Source: a virus. From it: a stretch of DNA of 64,000 nt. The DNA lies in the IMG/VR virus record IMGVR_UViG_3300036794_000042, positions 9,465 through 73,464 of that record; one strand, written 5' to 3'. The notes below the pieces were generated by a model. That model did no database searches, had not been told where the DNA came from, and saw only the letters and a list, made by a program, of their open reading frames with translations. How positions within the stretch are numbered: position 1 is the stretch's first letter; every line of letters starts with the position of its first letter. Shown one piece after another: positions 25,847-35,545 of the stretch. Position numbers and translations under genes: made by a program.

Positions 25847-26191
25847 ATGGCAGTCACCACCCCCGCGATGCCGGCCAGCACCACGGCCGTCGTCAACCAG
25901 ACCGGCCAGCAGGTCGCGGTGAACATCGCCGGTGGCACCCTGACCAGCGTGGTTGTCAACGGCAACCAGATCGGTACCACGGCGGGGAACTACCCGCTGC
26001 CGCCCGGTGCGTCCATCTCGATCACGTACTCGGCCGCGCCCACCTGGACCTGGACTGACCCACTCGATGAGGACTTCGAGGGTTATGCACAAGAGAACGC
26101 ACAGGCCGGGGATAACGAGCTGACCGACCTGCCCGAGACGCCGCACGCGGTGGGCGGCGAGACAGGACTAGGAGCAGCGGAGAGTAATTGA
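25847..26191 (+). CDS. Virion-associated beta-rich protein
   Basis: GGAG RBS, ATG 25847; paralog of the middle of 24920..25540. Confidence 0.6.
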   Translation: MAVTTPAMPASTTAVVNQTGQQVAVNIAGGTLTSVVVNGNQIGTTAGNYPLPPGASISITYSAAPTWTWTDPLDEDFEGYAQENAQAGDNELTDLPETPHAVGGETGLGAAESN

Positions 26192-26724
26192 CGTCAACGC
26201 TGTACGCAACGACCGATGATCTGCGCCAGGTGCTCGATGGCACCGACGCAGGCACCGGCACGGCCGCGACACTCTCCGATGAGCAACTGACCCTGGCCCT
26301 CCAGGCGGCCAGCAACCGGATCTCGATCTACGCGGGCGGCGTCTTCGATGGCAGCTCGGCAGCCTCCACGCCACCGGACATCTTCCACGATCTCGCGCTC
26401 GACCTCGGTGCGTTCTGGGCCACCAAGACCTACCTGAAGCACAAGACGATGGACGCCCAGCACCCGGTCTGGCTGGCGTACCAGAACGCGATGGACGTGC
26501 TGAAGGGCTTCCGCGACGGCACGCTGCGCCCGGACCCCGGCACCTACGGCGGGGTCGGCAATGAGGGCGGCCACGTCATCAACCGCATCCCTGGCATCTT
26601 CCGTAACGCGGACTCGAACGTCATCGTCAATCCCTACGATGGCAAGCTGGACGCCGACACGCCATCTGAGCTGGGACTTGCCAACGGATGGGAAGGCTTC
26701 AACTCCGGGGTGGAGTCGCCATGA
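26188..26724 (+). CDS. Head-tail connector/adaptor (Mu gp36 / DUF1320-like)
   Basis: YAT.DDL...L..AS..I..Y.....P....LA.DLA....Y..A...L.....G pattern. Confidence 0.7.
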   Translation: MTSTLYATTDDLRQVLDGTDAGTGTAATLSDEQLTLALQAASNRISIYAGGVFDGSSAASTPPDIFHDLALDLGAFWATKTYLKHKTMDAQHPVWLAYQNAMDVLKGFRDGTLRPDPGTYGGVGNEGGHVINRIPGIFRNADSNVIVNPYDGKLDADTPSELGLANGWEGFNSGVESP

Positions 26725-27233
26725 CCGCCCTCTTCCATGACCGGCTCGAAGAGCTGCGGACCAAGACCGGCTGCGATCAGGGCAAGCTGGAAGGCCAGGT
26801 CGAAGTGGATCAGGTCTACGCCCACTACCAGCATGAGCGCCTGGACCTGCACCATCCGCGCGGCGGCCAGGCCCGGTACCTGATCGAGCCGCTGTACGCC
26901 GGGACGCGGCGCTGGGTGTCCGAGATCGCGGCTGACTTCCTGGATGACGGCGGCCACCGGGCGATGCGGAACTGGATGGAAGACCTCGCGGAGGATGGCG
27001 GCGTGGCCACGCACGCCCCGGTTGAGTTCGATGACCTGCGGCGGTCCGGCCATCCCACGGTGCGGCTGGGTGCCCGCATCATCTACGACCGCGCGCCGCG
27101 CCAGCACCGCCTGACTGCGGGCGAGCTGCGGATCAAGGCCCGGCTGCGCAAGCTGCCGCCCGAGATCATCGGCTTCATCTGGTGGCATGTGATGCACAAC
27201 CAGAAGCCGCCGCCGCACCTGGGAGGCCGCTGA
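26721..27233 (+). CDS. Neck / head-closure protein
   Basis: ATG 26721; YAHYQHE and APVE..DLRRSG motifs of neck proteins; position. Confidence 0.6.
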   Translation: MTALFHDRLEELRTKTGCDQGKLEGQVEVDQVYAHYQHERLDLHHPRGGQARYLIEPLYAGTRRWVSEIAADFLDDGGHRAMRNWMEDLAEDGGVATHAPVEFDDLRRSGHPTVRLGARIIYDRAPRQHRLTAGELRIKARLRKLPPEIIGFIWWHVMHNQKPPPHLGGR

Positions 27234-27649
27234 TGCCCGCGCCCGCGCAGACCCAGGTGATCATCGACTGGATCACCGGCCTTGGCTGGGATGACCGGCA
27301 GGAAGTCGGCTTCCCTGTCTATCCGGGCCAGGAGATCCTGACCGCGCCAGATCGTGCCCTGTTCATCACGGGCGGCGGCGGGCCGGGCTACACCACCGAG
27401 GAACCGGCCACCGACGCCAGCGTGTTCCAGGCCCGGGTGCGCGGGACCAGCGACGATCCATTTGCCCCGGAGCAGGCGGCCCAGCTCCTTGACACCCTCA
27501 TCCTGCGCGCCTCATTCCCCGCAGCGGTGGATGGTGTCACGATCAGTCATGTCCACCGGGAGAGCAACGGGCCGACCCCGCTTCCCTTCGATCCGCGTGA
27601 CCGCCGCTTCGAGTTCGCGTGCAGTTACATCATCGTGACAGGAGTTTAA
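27233..27649 (+). CDS. Tail terminator-like protein
   Basis: TGATG start at 27233; FQARVRG...R.EF...Y pattern; position before the tail tube. Confidence 0.6.
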   Translation: MPAPAQTQVIIDWITGLGWDDRQEVGFPVYPGQEILTAPDRALFITGGGGPGYTTEEPATDASVFQARVRGTSDDPFAPEQAAQLLDTLILRASFPAAVDGVTISHVHRESNGPTPLPFDPRDRRFEFACSYIIVTGV

Positions 27650-27650
27650 G

Positions 27651-28130
27651 ATGGCCCTGCCCAGCGCCCGGGTGACATTGCAGCCAATTCCCTTCAACAG
27701 CACGCCACTGACCGGCGTGTTCCCGCTGGCGTCTACTCCTGGCTACGACCTGGGCAGCCCCAGCTCGATCACCGCGTGGGGCACCACCCAGGGCATCCGC
27801 GTCCCGAACAACGGCCAGGTGATGCTGTTCTGGGCTGCCGGGGCTTCTGCCCCTGGCGTCACCCAGGTACTGATCGGTGACCCGGTGGGCAACACCGGGA
27901 CATTCGCGCCGGCCACCACCGAGCAGCAGTCCCTGGCCGCCAGCAACTCCGGCTGGCTGGGGCCGTGGTCCCCCGCCACCTACAACATCCAGCAAGCCGG
28001 GAACACCTGGCCCGGGGCAATCAACTCGCAGGTGGCGGTAGCCGCTGACGTGGGCTGCGTCCTGATCGACTTCACCACGATTACCACTCTCGTGGTGCGC
28101 GCCTACCAGCTCATTCCCGTCCAGCCGTGA
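27651..28130 (+). CDS. Hypothetical virion protein
   Basis: Beta-rich, within the tail operon. Confidence 0.6.
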   Translation: MALPSARVTLQPIPFNSTPLTGVFPLASTPGYDLGSPSSITAWGTTQGIRVPNNGQVMLFWAAGASAPGVTQVLIGDPVGNTGTFAPATTEQQSLAASNSGWLGPWSPATYNIQQAGNTWPGAINSQVAVAADVGCVLIDFTTITTLVVRAYQLIPVQP

Positions 28131-28600
28131 AAGGATCTTCAGATATGGCAGCAGGAACAGGCCCCGGACCGGCCGGCCCTGGCGGTCCTGGCACGGTTGG
28201 CCCGACCGACCCGGCCGAGACCGTCCGCCCTCCGGTGGAAGCGCCCAACATCCTGGACCAGGCCCGGCAGGCATCAGGCCCGCCCGGGACCAAGGCACCG
28301 GAGAACACGGACGGCACCCCGACCGCGCCCGGCGAGACCGAGGGCGTCAACGATGAGCGCCTGACTGCCGAGGAAGAGCGCGAGCTGTCCCGGCTCCAGG
28401 CCAAGGCCCAGCGTGCGGCGGCCGGGTCGGACAAGACCCTGGTGCGGATGCGGGTGGAAGAGCCGCACGACTCGCTCAGCTTCGGCGGCTTCACGCTCGG
28501 CCGCGACTACCAGACCGTGCCCAGTCACCTGGCTGGCAGCCTGCAATCGGCGGCGGCCGAGGCGGGCGTGAACCTCACGCAGGAAGACCAGGAGAGCTGA
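28127..28600 (+). CDS. Hypothetical protein (disordered N-terminus)
   Basis: GTGA overlap; Pro/Gly/Thr-rich N-terminal half. Confidence 0.55.
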   Translation: MKGSSDMAAGTGPGPAGPGGPGTVGPTDPAETVRPPVEAPNILDQARQASGPPGTKAPENTDGTPTAPGETEGVNDERLTAEEERELSRLQAKAQRAAAGSDKTLVRMRVEEPHDSLSFGGFTLGRDYQTVPSHLAGSLQSAAAEAGVNLTQEDQES

Positions 28601-28601
28601 C

Positions 28602-29210
28602 ATGGCCGGGCCGCCACTTGTTTACACCCCGCCGAACTACAACACCCAGAACGTCCTGTACGGGACGGGCATCCTGTTCACCGCCGTGGTCGGCACCGCC
28701 GTCCCCTCGGACCAGAACCTGGGCGTTGGCACCGCGTGGACCGGCCTGGGCTGGGCCTACGTGGGCGCGACCGAGGCGGGCGTCACGGTCACCTTCAACC
28801 CGAGCACCCAGAACCTGACGATCGAGGAACAGCCCACCCCCGTGGCCGTGGCTGTCAACACCGCCGATCTCCAGGTGACCTGCTCGATGTCTGAAGAGAC
28901 CCTGGGCAACGTCAACCTGGCCTGGGGCAACGGCGGCACCATCGCCACCACCCCGGCTGGCGCTGGCCAGCCTGGCAAGAGCGTGCTGACGCTGAGCACC
29001 AACTTCCAGTCGATGGCCTGCGCCATTGTCGGGAAGAACCAGCTCGGCTTCGCTAGGGTCCTGAGCATCCCGCAGGTGATCTCGGCTGGCCAGGTGCAGA
29101 CCGCTTACCGCCGTGCCGCGCAGCAGAGGCTCTACCCGCTGACGCTCGGCGCGATCTGCGCATTCAGCCAGATCACCTGGACCGACCTCACGGCAATCGC
29201 CACGAGCTAG
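28602..29210 (+). CDS. Major tail (tube) protein
   Basis: GGAG RBS; W.YVGAT..GV...F.P....L.IEE...PV...E.TL.N pattern of siphovirus tail tube proteins; precedes TAC and TMP. Confidence 0.8.
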   Translation: MAGPPLVYTPPNYNTQNVLYGTGILFTAVVGTAVPSDQNLGVGTAWTGLGWAYVGATEAGVTVTFNPSTQNLTIEEQPTPVAVAVNTADLQVTCSMSEETLGNVNLAWGNGGTIATTPAGAGQPGKSVLTLSTNFQSMACAIVGKNQLGFARVLSIPQVISAGQVQTAYRRAAQQRLYPLTLGAICAFSQITWTDLTAIATS

Positions 29211-29225
29211 TCAGGAGATCCCCGG

Positions 29226-29666
29226 ATGGCAGGTTTTGACGCAGGGAAGGCAGTCAGCCCGCTCGACTACACCCTGAAGCCCTACATCGACGTCGGCGGG
29301 CGGCTCAAAGAGCCGTCTGACCGGCAGATCGCGGACTTCATGGACGGCATCAAGGGCCTGTTCAAGCAGGCCAAGGCGGCCGGGCTGGAGGGCCTGGACA
29401 ACGCGGACGAGAGCGACCCGAACGCGCTGATGGATGCGCTCGACCAGCTCTCTGGTGACGCCGTGGTCGAGATGTTCGAGACGATGGCCGGCATGTACGC
29501 CGATCTGTGCAGCGGGGTGCCCAGCAAGGAGCAGCTTCTCCAGCTCCCGCTCCGGGTGCGCGGCGCGTTCTATGAGTGGGTCCAGAACGAGGTGATCAAC
29601 CCGGAAGCCGCGCCCGCCGCTGGGATGAGGCCAGTGAGCACTCTGCCTCGCGCAGCCGGCGGGTAA
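29226..29666 (+). CDS. Tail assembly chaperone (G-like)
   Basis: Acidic helical protein between the tail tube and TMP. Confidence 0.75.
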   Translation: MAGFDAGKAVSPLDYTLKPYIDVGGRLKEPSDRQIADFMDGIKGLFKQAKAAGLEGLDNADESDPNALMDALDQLSGDAVVEMFETMAGMYADLCSGVPSKEQLLQLPLRVRGAFYEWVQNEVINPEAAPAAGMRPVSTLPRAAGG

Positions 29667-29926
29667 TCCTCTACATCGTCGCCAAGTATTTCCGCTTCAC
29701 CCCCGACGTCTGGGACACGATCTCCTGGCACGACCAGCGCGCCCTGCTGGAGGGCCTGGAAGACGATGAAGAGGTGCCGCTGAAGTTCGAGGATGACGGC
29801 GACATGCCGCGTGGCTTCGAGCCCACCGTGAGGGCCAACGTGGATGCTGGGACAGACGTGATCGACCTGGCCCAGATGCGGCGCGAGCTGGAAGCCGACC
29901 GGGCCAGGCGGCAGGGAGGCGGGTGA
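29576..29926 (+). CDS. Tail assembly chaperone extension (GT-like), probably reached by a -1 frameshift near 29660
   Basis: Overlapping -1 frame whose protein-like part starts at RRVILYIVAKYF...W.DQRALLEG; no good RBS for ATG 29576. Confidence 0.6.
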   Translation: MGPERGDQPGSRARRWDEASEHSASRSRRVILYIVAKYFRFTPDVWDTISWHDQRALLEGLEDDEEVPLKFEDDGDMPRGFEPTVRANVDAGTDVIDLAQMRRELEADRARRQGGG

Positions 29927-29929
29927 GCG

Positions 29930-32900
29930 GTGGCATTTGATGCTGGTGCCATCGTCGCCCGCGCCTCCATCGACCAGGCGCAGTTTGACCGCGACCTGCA
30001 CGACCTGGACACCAAGGCCAGGAAGTTCGAGCGCGAGCCCCGGACGCTGAAGTTCAGGGCCGTGCTCGACCAGGCCAGCCTGTCCCATGCCCGGCAGATG
30101 TTCCAGCAGCTTGACCGGCAGATCAGCCAGGACGCTTCCCAGAGGATGAAGAGCGGGTCTGGGAGCATCCTGGGCAGCCTGAACAGCCTCTTCAGCACCA
30201 GCCAGATCTCCGGGGCTCCTTCCGCCAGCCAGGCGGCCAACCAGGGCCTGCTGGGGCGTGTCCTGAAGCAGCAGGTCATCGTCTCCGGCCAGGGCGGCTC
30301 AGGCGGCGGGGGCATCGGTGCCGGGCGGCTGCTGAGCGGGACGGCTGGCGGTATCGGGCCGGGCATCCTCGGGCTCGGTGCCAAGGTGACCGGCATCGCG
30401 GGCCTTGGCGGCTCCCTGCTCGGCGCGCTGCCGACCGTGGGCGCGCTCGGCGCGGGCATCGGCACCATCGGCGCTGGTGCCCTGGCCCTGTTCAGCGGCA
30501 AGAACAACCCGCTGACCAAGGAACTGAAGAGCACGATGGAGAGTGCTCTCAAGATCGTTAAGGAAGCGGCCGGCCCGCTCATCAAGCCGATCATGGACGC
30601 CCTCAAAGGGCTGGTCCCCTTCCTGCACCAGATCGAGCCGGAGCTGCACAAGCTGTTTGCCGGGGCAGCTCCCCTGGTCAAGCCCCTGATCGGAGCCCTT
30701 GAACAGCTAGTCAAGGGGCTCCTTCCCGGCCTGGTGGCCATCCTGCACGCGGCTGGCCCGGCCTTTAACACGTTTGCCCAGGTCATGGGCTTGATAGGCC
30801 GCGATCTTGGCGGCCTGTTCAAGGCTCTCGCGCCCGCCATCCGCGAGAGCGACGTGATCTTCAAGGCGCTGTTCTCGGCCCTCGGTGCCCTGTTCCCCAT
30901 CGTGGGCAAGCTGGCAGCCGTCTTTGCCAAGACCCTGGCCCCGGTCTTCCCCGTGCTGGCCAACCTGATCAAGCAGCTAGAGCCGACCCTGACCCTGGTG
31001 GGCAAGATCATTGCCCAGCTCGCGGGGGCCGTGCTCGGTGATCTTGTGGCGGCCTTCCAGGCCATCGTCATCCTGGTCAAGGGCATCACGCCTGCCCTGA
31101 ACCAGCTTGTGGGCGTGTTCGGCCAGATCTTCAAGGTGCTGGAGAACGCTGGCGTCTTCGCCATCCTCGGTGACGCCCTGGAGGCCGTGGCCAAGCCCCT
31201 GGCCCGGCTGATCTCGGCGCTGATCCGTGGCCTGGCCCCGGCCTTGCCCGGCATCGTCCGGCTGGTGGGCTCCCTGGCCGGCATCCTGGTCAGGGTGCTG
31301 GCGGCTGGCATCTCGGCCCTGATCCCGCCGCTGATCCAGTTCGTCAACCTCATCTTGAAGTCTCTGGCCCCGATCCTGCCGCCCATCGAGAAGGCCCTGA
31401 CCCAGCTAGGGCGGGCCATCGGCGCGGCCCTGGTGAGTGCCCTCAAGGCGCTGCTGCCCAGCCTGGCCAGCCTGGTCCTGTCCCTGCTCAAGATCGTCGT
31501 GGCGCTGCTGCCCATCCTGCCGCCGCTGGTGCAGCTCGCGGCCATCCTGATCGAGCTGGCCCTCAAGGTCATCTCGCCGCTGTTCCCGCTGCTCGGCCTG
31601 CTGGCCCGGCTCATCGCGGACATCATCACGCCCGTCGCGGACCTGCTGGCCGCCATTGTCAAGTTCTCCACGCAATGGAAGCATAGCTGGGCTGATATTA
31701 AGCAATGGGCGTCTGACGCCTGGCATTTCATCTGGGACGGATTCGGCAAGTTCCTGCTGCCGCTGCTCGGGCCGGTCGGCCTTATTGCCCTGGGTGCGAT
31801 CGAGCTGGCCAAGCACTGGCACCAGGTGCTGAGCGACGTCAAGGGCGATGCCAGTGATGCCTGGCAGCACCTGGTGAGCTGGGGCGATGACATCCGCCGC
31901 CTGTTCACCAACACTATCCCCGGCTACTGGGATGACTTCTGGAACTTCACCAAGAACCGGCTGATCAACCCCCTTAAAAACGGCTTCGATGACCTGATCA
32001 ACTGGGTACACAACCATTTCGTCCAGCCAATCCAGAACATATTCACCAACACCATCCCGAACGCCTTCCGCACCTTCATCGACATCGCGGGCCGGGTGAT
32101 GACCCGCATCGAGGATGCGGTCAAAGGCCCGGTCAACTGGGTGATCACCCATGTGCTGGACGGGCTGATCGGGGCGTTCGACTGGATCTCGGGCAGGATC
32201 GGCGGCCCGCACATCCCCAAGATCCCCGCCCTCGCGGCTGGCGGGAAGATCACCCAGGGCACGCATGAGACCGCCGATGACGTCCTGATCAGGGTGTCCA
32301 AGGGCGAGACCGTGCTGTCCGGTATGCACTCGCGGCTGCTGGCCCCGTTGCTCGGCATGGCCGGTGTGCCCGGCTACGCCACGGGCGGGCGGGTCGGCCA
32401 GAACCCTCCCGGGCACACCGGCAACCCGCACCTGCCGCACGGTGAGCCCAACCCGGGCGGCGGCGTCGGCGGCTTCCTGGGCGGGCTGTTCCACAAGATC
32501 GCGGACGTCGGCAAGATCATCGCCGCCATCACCACCGGGAACAGCAAGGCGCTGACCAACGCCATCGTCAACATGATCCCGGGCGGGGTAGGCGGCGCGA
32601 TCGGTGATATGGCCGCCGTGCTCCAGGACATCCCGCGCAAGCTGATCGGTGATGCCGTCAAGGAGCTGATCGGGCTGGGCGGCGGGCTCGGCGGCAACGG
32701 CGGCGAGATCGTCAAGTACGCCATGTCCTTCCTGGGCAAGATCCCCTATGTCTGGGGCGGCACGGCGGTCCCGGGCGGGGCGGACTGCTCGGGATTCGTG
32801 CAGACCATTTACCGGCACTTCGGCATTGACGCACCGCGCACCTCGGAAGCCCAGGGCTCCTGGGTGAAGCGCGGCCCGCCCGTCCCTGGCGGCCTGGCGT

Positions 32901-33640
32901 TCTACCACTCCCCGGCTGGCGGGGCCGACCCTGGCCACGTCGCCATCGTGCGGGATGCCAAGTCGGTCATCAGCCAGGGCGGCGGGATGGGTCCGCAGCT
33001 CATCGGGCTGCACGCGCTGCCGCTGCTCTGGACCGGCGCACCGCCAGGCGGCGGGCTGGCCGGGCGGGGCGGCCTTGGCCGGGCCGGTCTGCGCTGGCTG
33101 GAAAACCTCTGGATGGGCGCTGGCGGCCCTGGCGGCGGGGTGGCCCACATCGCGGCGGCCATCGCGCTGGCCGAGTCAAGCGGCCGGACCAACGCCATCA
33201 ACCCTTCAGGTGCCTCTGGCTTGTGGCAGATACTCGGGCAGGTGGTACCGGGCAACATCTTCAACCCGCACATCAACGCCCTGAACGCGGTGAAGAAGTG
33301 GAGAGACGCGGGTGGCTTCAGCCCGTGGGTGACCTGGACAGACGGCCAGTACCGCCAGTTCATGGACAAGGGCGGCTGGATGCAGCCCGGAGGCGTCTAC
33401 AGCAACGCGCTCAGCCAGCCGGAGGCAGTGCTGACCCCGCCGCAGTCCCAGGCGTTCATCTCGCTCGCGGACGCGGCCCAGCACTTCAGCCGTGGCGGCG
33501 GGGCCACGGCAGGCGGGACACTGATGCGGGACGTCTACCTGACCCTGCCGGAGGGCACCACCGTGGCGCAGGCCATGCAAGAGATCAAGTTCCAGCTCAA
33601 GGTGGCTGAGCTGCAAGGCTTCGCGGGGGTGACTCCCTGA
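29930..33640 (+). CDS. Tape measure protein with NlpC/P60 and lytic transglycosylase domains
   Basis: 1236 aa; amphipathic and W-containing repeats; YVWGG...DCSG...GHVAI (NlpC/P60); AIALAESSG...N.SGASGLWQI...W (SLT-like). Confidence 0.92.
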   Translation: MAFDAGAIVARASIDQAQFDRDLHDLDTKARKFEREPRTLKFRAVLDQASLSHARQMFQQLDRQISQDASQRMKSGSGSILGSLNSLFSTSQISGAPSASQAANQGLLGRVLKQQVIVSGQGGSGGGGIGAGRLLSGTAGGIGPGILGLGAKVTGIAGLGGSLLGALPTVGALGAGIGTIGAGALALFSGKNNPLTKELKSTMESALKIVKEAAGPLIKPIMDALKGLVPFLHQIEPELHKLFAGAAPLVKPLIGALEQLVKGLLPGLVAILHAAGPAFNTFAQVMGLIGRDLGGLFKALAPAIRESDVIFKALFSALGALFPIVGKLAAVFAKTLAPVFPVLANLIKQLEPTLTLVGKIIAQLAGAVLGDLVAAFQAIVILVKGITPALNQLVGVFGQIFKVLENAGVFAILGDALEAVAKPLARLISALIRGLAPALPGIVRLVGSLAGILVRVLAAGISALIPPLIQFVNLILKSLAPILPPIEKALTQLGRAIGAALVSALKALLPSLASLVLSLLKIVVALLPILPPLVQLAAILIELALKVISPLFPLLGLLARLIADIITPVADLLAAIVKFSTQWKHSWADIKQWASDAWHFIWDGFGKFLLPLLGPVGLIALGAIELAKHWHQVLSDVKGDASDAWQHLVSWGDDIRRLFTNTIPGYWDDFWNFTKNRLINPLKNGFDDLINWVHNHFVQPIQNIFTNTIPNAFRTFIDIAGRVMTRIEDAVKGPVNWVITHVLDGLIGAFDWISGRIGGPHIPKIPALAAGGKITQGTHETADDVLIRVSKGETVLSGMHSRLLAPLLGMAGVPGYATGGRVGQNPPGHTGNPHLPHGEPNPGGGVGGFLGGLFHKIADVGKIIAAITTGNSKALTNAIVNMIPGGVGGAIGDMAAVLQDIPRKLIGDAVKELIGLGGGLGGNGGEIVKYAMSFLGKIPYVWGGTAVPGGADCSGFVQTIYRHFGIDAPRTSEAQGSWVKRGPPVPGGLAFYHSPAGGADPGHVAIVRDAKSVISQGGGMGPQLIGLHALPLLWTGAPPGGGLAGRGGLGRAGLRWLENLWMGAGGPGGGVAHIAAAIALAESSGRTNAINPSGASGLWQILGQVVPGNIFNPHINALNAVKKWRDAGGFSPWVTWTDGQYRQFMDKGGWMQPGGVYSNALSQPEAVLTPPQSQAFISLADAAQHFSRGGGATAGGTLMRDVYLTLPEGTTVAQAMQEIKFQLKVAELQGFAGVTP

Positions 33641-34563
33641 TGGCAGACCCGGTGCTGAGCCAGGGCCAGTATTCGATCGGGATAGACCAGCAGGGCGCGG
33701 GCTCCCTGGTCTACGGGGTCGGCGCGAACGCGCTCTACGTCAGCGACACCCAGACTGACACCGGCAGCCCGACCATCCAGGACCAGGCGATCGTGGGCCA
33801 TGACGGGGTGCAGTTCGGGGTGGACACCCTGCCCGGGATGGTGGTCACCCAGACCGGCTTCGCCTACTCGCCAGCCCAGGGCAAGACCGCGATGGACAAC
33901 TACGCGGCGTTGAGCGGGAAGTGGAACGACCCGGCGTGCCGGCTGGCGATGGGCTCGGTCCAGGTGCTGCGGGCCTTCTACCCGATCAGCCAGTCTGTCC
34001 GGCGCTGCTACGGGCGCGGGCGCAAGATCATGCCGACCTACGGCCTGGCCAACCAGGGCGTGGTCCCGTTCACCGCGCAGTTCCAGGCAGCCGATAACAA
34101 CTGGTACTCGGACAACAACTCAACGCTGCTGCTGACGATGGTGCCCAGCCTGCGGGGCACCCTGACGCCGCCATTCGTCCCGCCGTTCCAGATCGCGGTC
34201 ACCACGAACAACCTCCAGAACACGGCGGTCAACCAGGGCTCGATGCCCACCTGGCCGCTCTTCACCTTCACCGGGCCGATCACCAATCCGACCATCACCT
34301 ACGTGAACACGCCGGTCTCGATCGGCTACACAGGCAGCCTGGCCAACGGTGCCACACTGGTCATCGACACCCGGCCCTGGAACCGATCCGCGCTGCTCAA
34401 CGGCAAGAGCGCGGCTGGCAATCTCAGCGGAGATCCCATGATCAGCTTGCAGCTCCAGCCGGGCAGCACCGTGGTCAAGTTCGGCGGCCAGGACTTCACC
34501 GGCACGGCCACCTGCACCATGCAGTGGCGCAGCGCCTACCTCTCGATCGGGGGCACGGTGTGA
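33640..34563 (+). CDS. Distal tail (Dit-like) protein
   Basis: First gene after the TMP; N.G...TWP...F.GP.TNP...IDT.PW motif. Confidence 0.75.
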   Translation: MADPVLSQGQYSIGIDQQGAGSLVYGVGANALYVSDTQTDTGSPTIQDQAIVGHDGVQFGVDTLPGMVVTQTGFAYSPAQGKTAMDNYAALSGKWNDPACRLAMGSVQVLRAFYPISQSVRRCYGRGRKIMPTYGLANQGVVPFTAQFQAADNNWYSDNNSTLLLTMVPSLRGTLTPPFVPPFQIAVTTNNLQNTAVNQGSMPTWPLFTFTGPITNPTITYVNTPVSIGYTGSLANGATLVIDTRPWNRSALLNGKSAAGNLSGDPMISLQLQPGSTVVKFGGQDFTGTATCTMQWRSAYLSIGGTV

Positions 34564-35534
34564 CCTTCCAGGTCCCGGCCTACGCGGTCGATGGCAACAG
34601 CGAGAACGGCAACTTCCTGCGGCTGATGCTCCAGAGCGCCACCCTCGGCAGCCAGGGCGTGGTGGGCCACCTGGACTGCCAGGTCACACAGACCGGGACG
34701 CCCAGCGCGGGCATCATCATCACCTCGGGCGCGTGCGTGGTCCTGGGCCAGGAAGCGTCCTTCCAGGGCAGCTATTACGGCTACAACGCAGGCAACGACA
34801 CCACGCTGACCATCGCGGCTACGGGTGCCTCCCCTCGCTCGGACATGATCATCGTCCGCGCGGAAGACCCGACCTGGAGCGGCAGCCCGTGGGGCAACCC
34901 GGCATCCGGGCAGATCGTCTTCCCCCGGGTGCTGTCCGGGGTCAGCTCCGGCGCGACCTCGGTGCCGGGCGGCACCAGCGCCATCGCGCTGGCCCGCATC
35001 GACATACCGGCCACCACCAGCGCGATCACCAACGCCATGATCCACGACCTGCGGACGGTCTGTAACCCGCAGCAGCTCATGATCATGGAAGCCCAGAACG
35101 GAAGCACCCCGGCGCACGCCAGCACGGCTGGCACGACCAATGTCCAGTGGCCGACCGGCGCGATCTGGACCGTGGCCATTCCGGTCTGGGCCACCACGTT
35201 CGTCTTCGCCTGGACGGTCTCAGAAGTCCTCTACAACAACGACGGCAACGGATTCGTGCGGGGCAACGTCTGGCCGGTCTTCGGCAGCTCGGTTACCTCA
35301 CCGGCCCTGACCACCCCGCAGACCCAGGTCTCGATCCCCGCCGCGTCCGGTCCCTGGCGGCACACCTTCAGCGGGGGCGGCACCGTCTCAATCCCCGCCA
35401 GCCTGCGCGGCACCACCCAGACGCTCCAGTTCGTCCAGGTCGCGGACGGGACCAACACGGCCACTCTCAACTACGGCGAGGGTGCGAGCACCACCCTGAC
35501 CGGCCAGTTCCAGCAGCTCTCAGCAGCGGCATAA
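34560..35534 (+). CDS. Minor tail / baseplate protein
   Basis: GTG 34560; GSYY..N...R.D.II.R.EDP...LARI.IPA....IT..MI.DLR motif common in actinophage minor tail proteins. Confidence 0.7.
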   Translation: MTFQVPAYAVDGNSENGNFLRLMLQSATLGSQGVVGHLDCQVTQTGTPSAGIIITSGACVVLGQEASFQGSYYGYNAGNDTTLTIAATGASPRSDMIIVRAEDPTWSGSPWGNPASGQIVFPRVLSGVSSGATSVPGGTSAIALARIDIPATTSAITNAMIHDLRTVCNPQQLMIMEAQNGSTPAHASTAGTTNVQWPTGAIWTVAIPVWATTFVFAWTVSEVLYNNDGNGFVRGNVWPVFGSSVTSPALTTPQTQVSIPAASGPWRHTFSGGGTVSIPASLRGTTQTLQFVQVADGTNTATLNYGEGASTTLTGQFQQLSAAA

Positions 35535-35545
35535 CCGGAGGAATC

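Noticed and set aside
25380-28860. Extra TGTCAAC copies at about 25386, 25954 and 28853 (also 3732)
   Set aside because: They fall inside coding sequence and mostly reflect GTC AAC (Val-Asn) codons, so they were not counted as regulatory sites.
29671-31914. Long antisense ORFs (this one, 61370..62986, 9764..11164, 19948..21294, 35471..36625 and others)
   Set aside because: They lie opposite well-supported genes, lack RBSs and motifs, and are expected in ~69% GC DNA where stop codons are rare.
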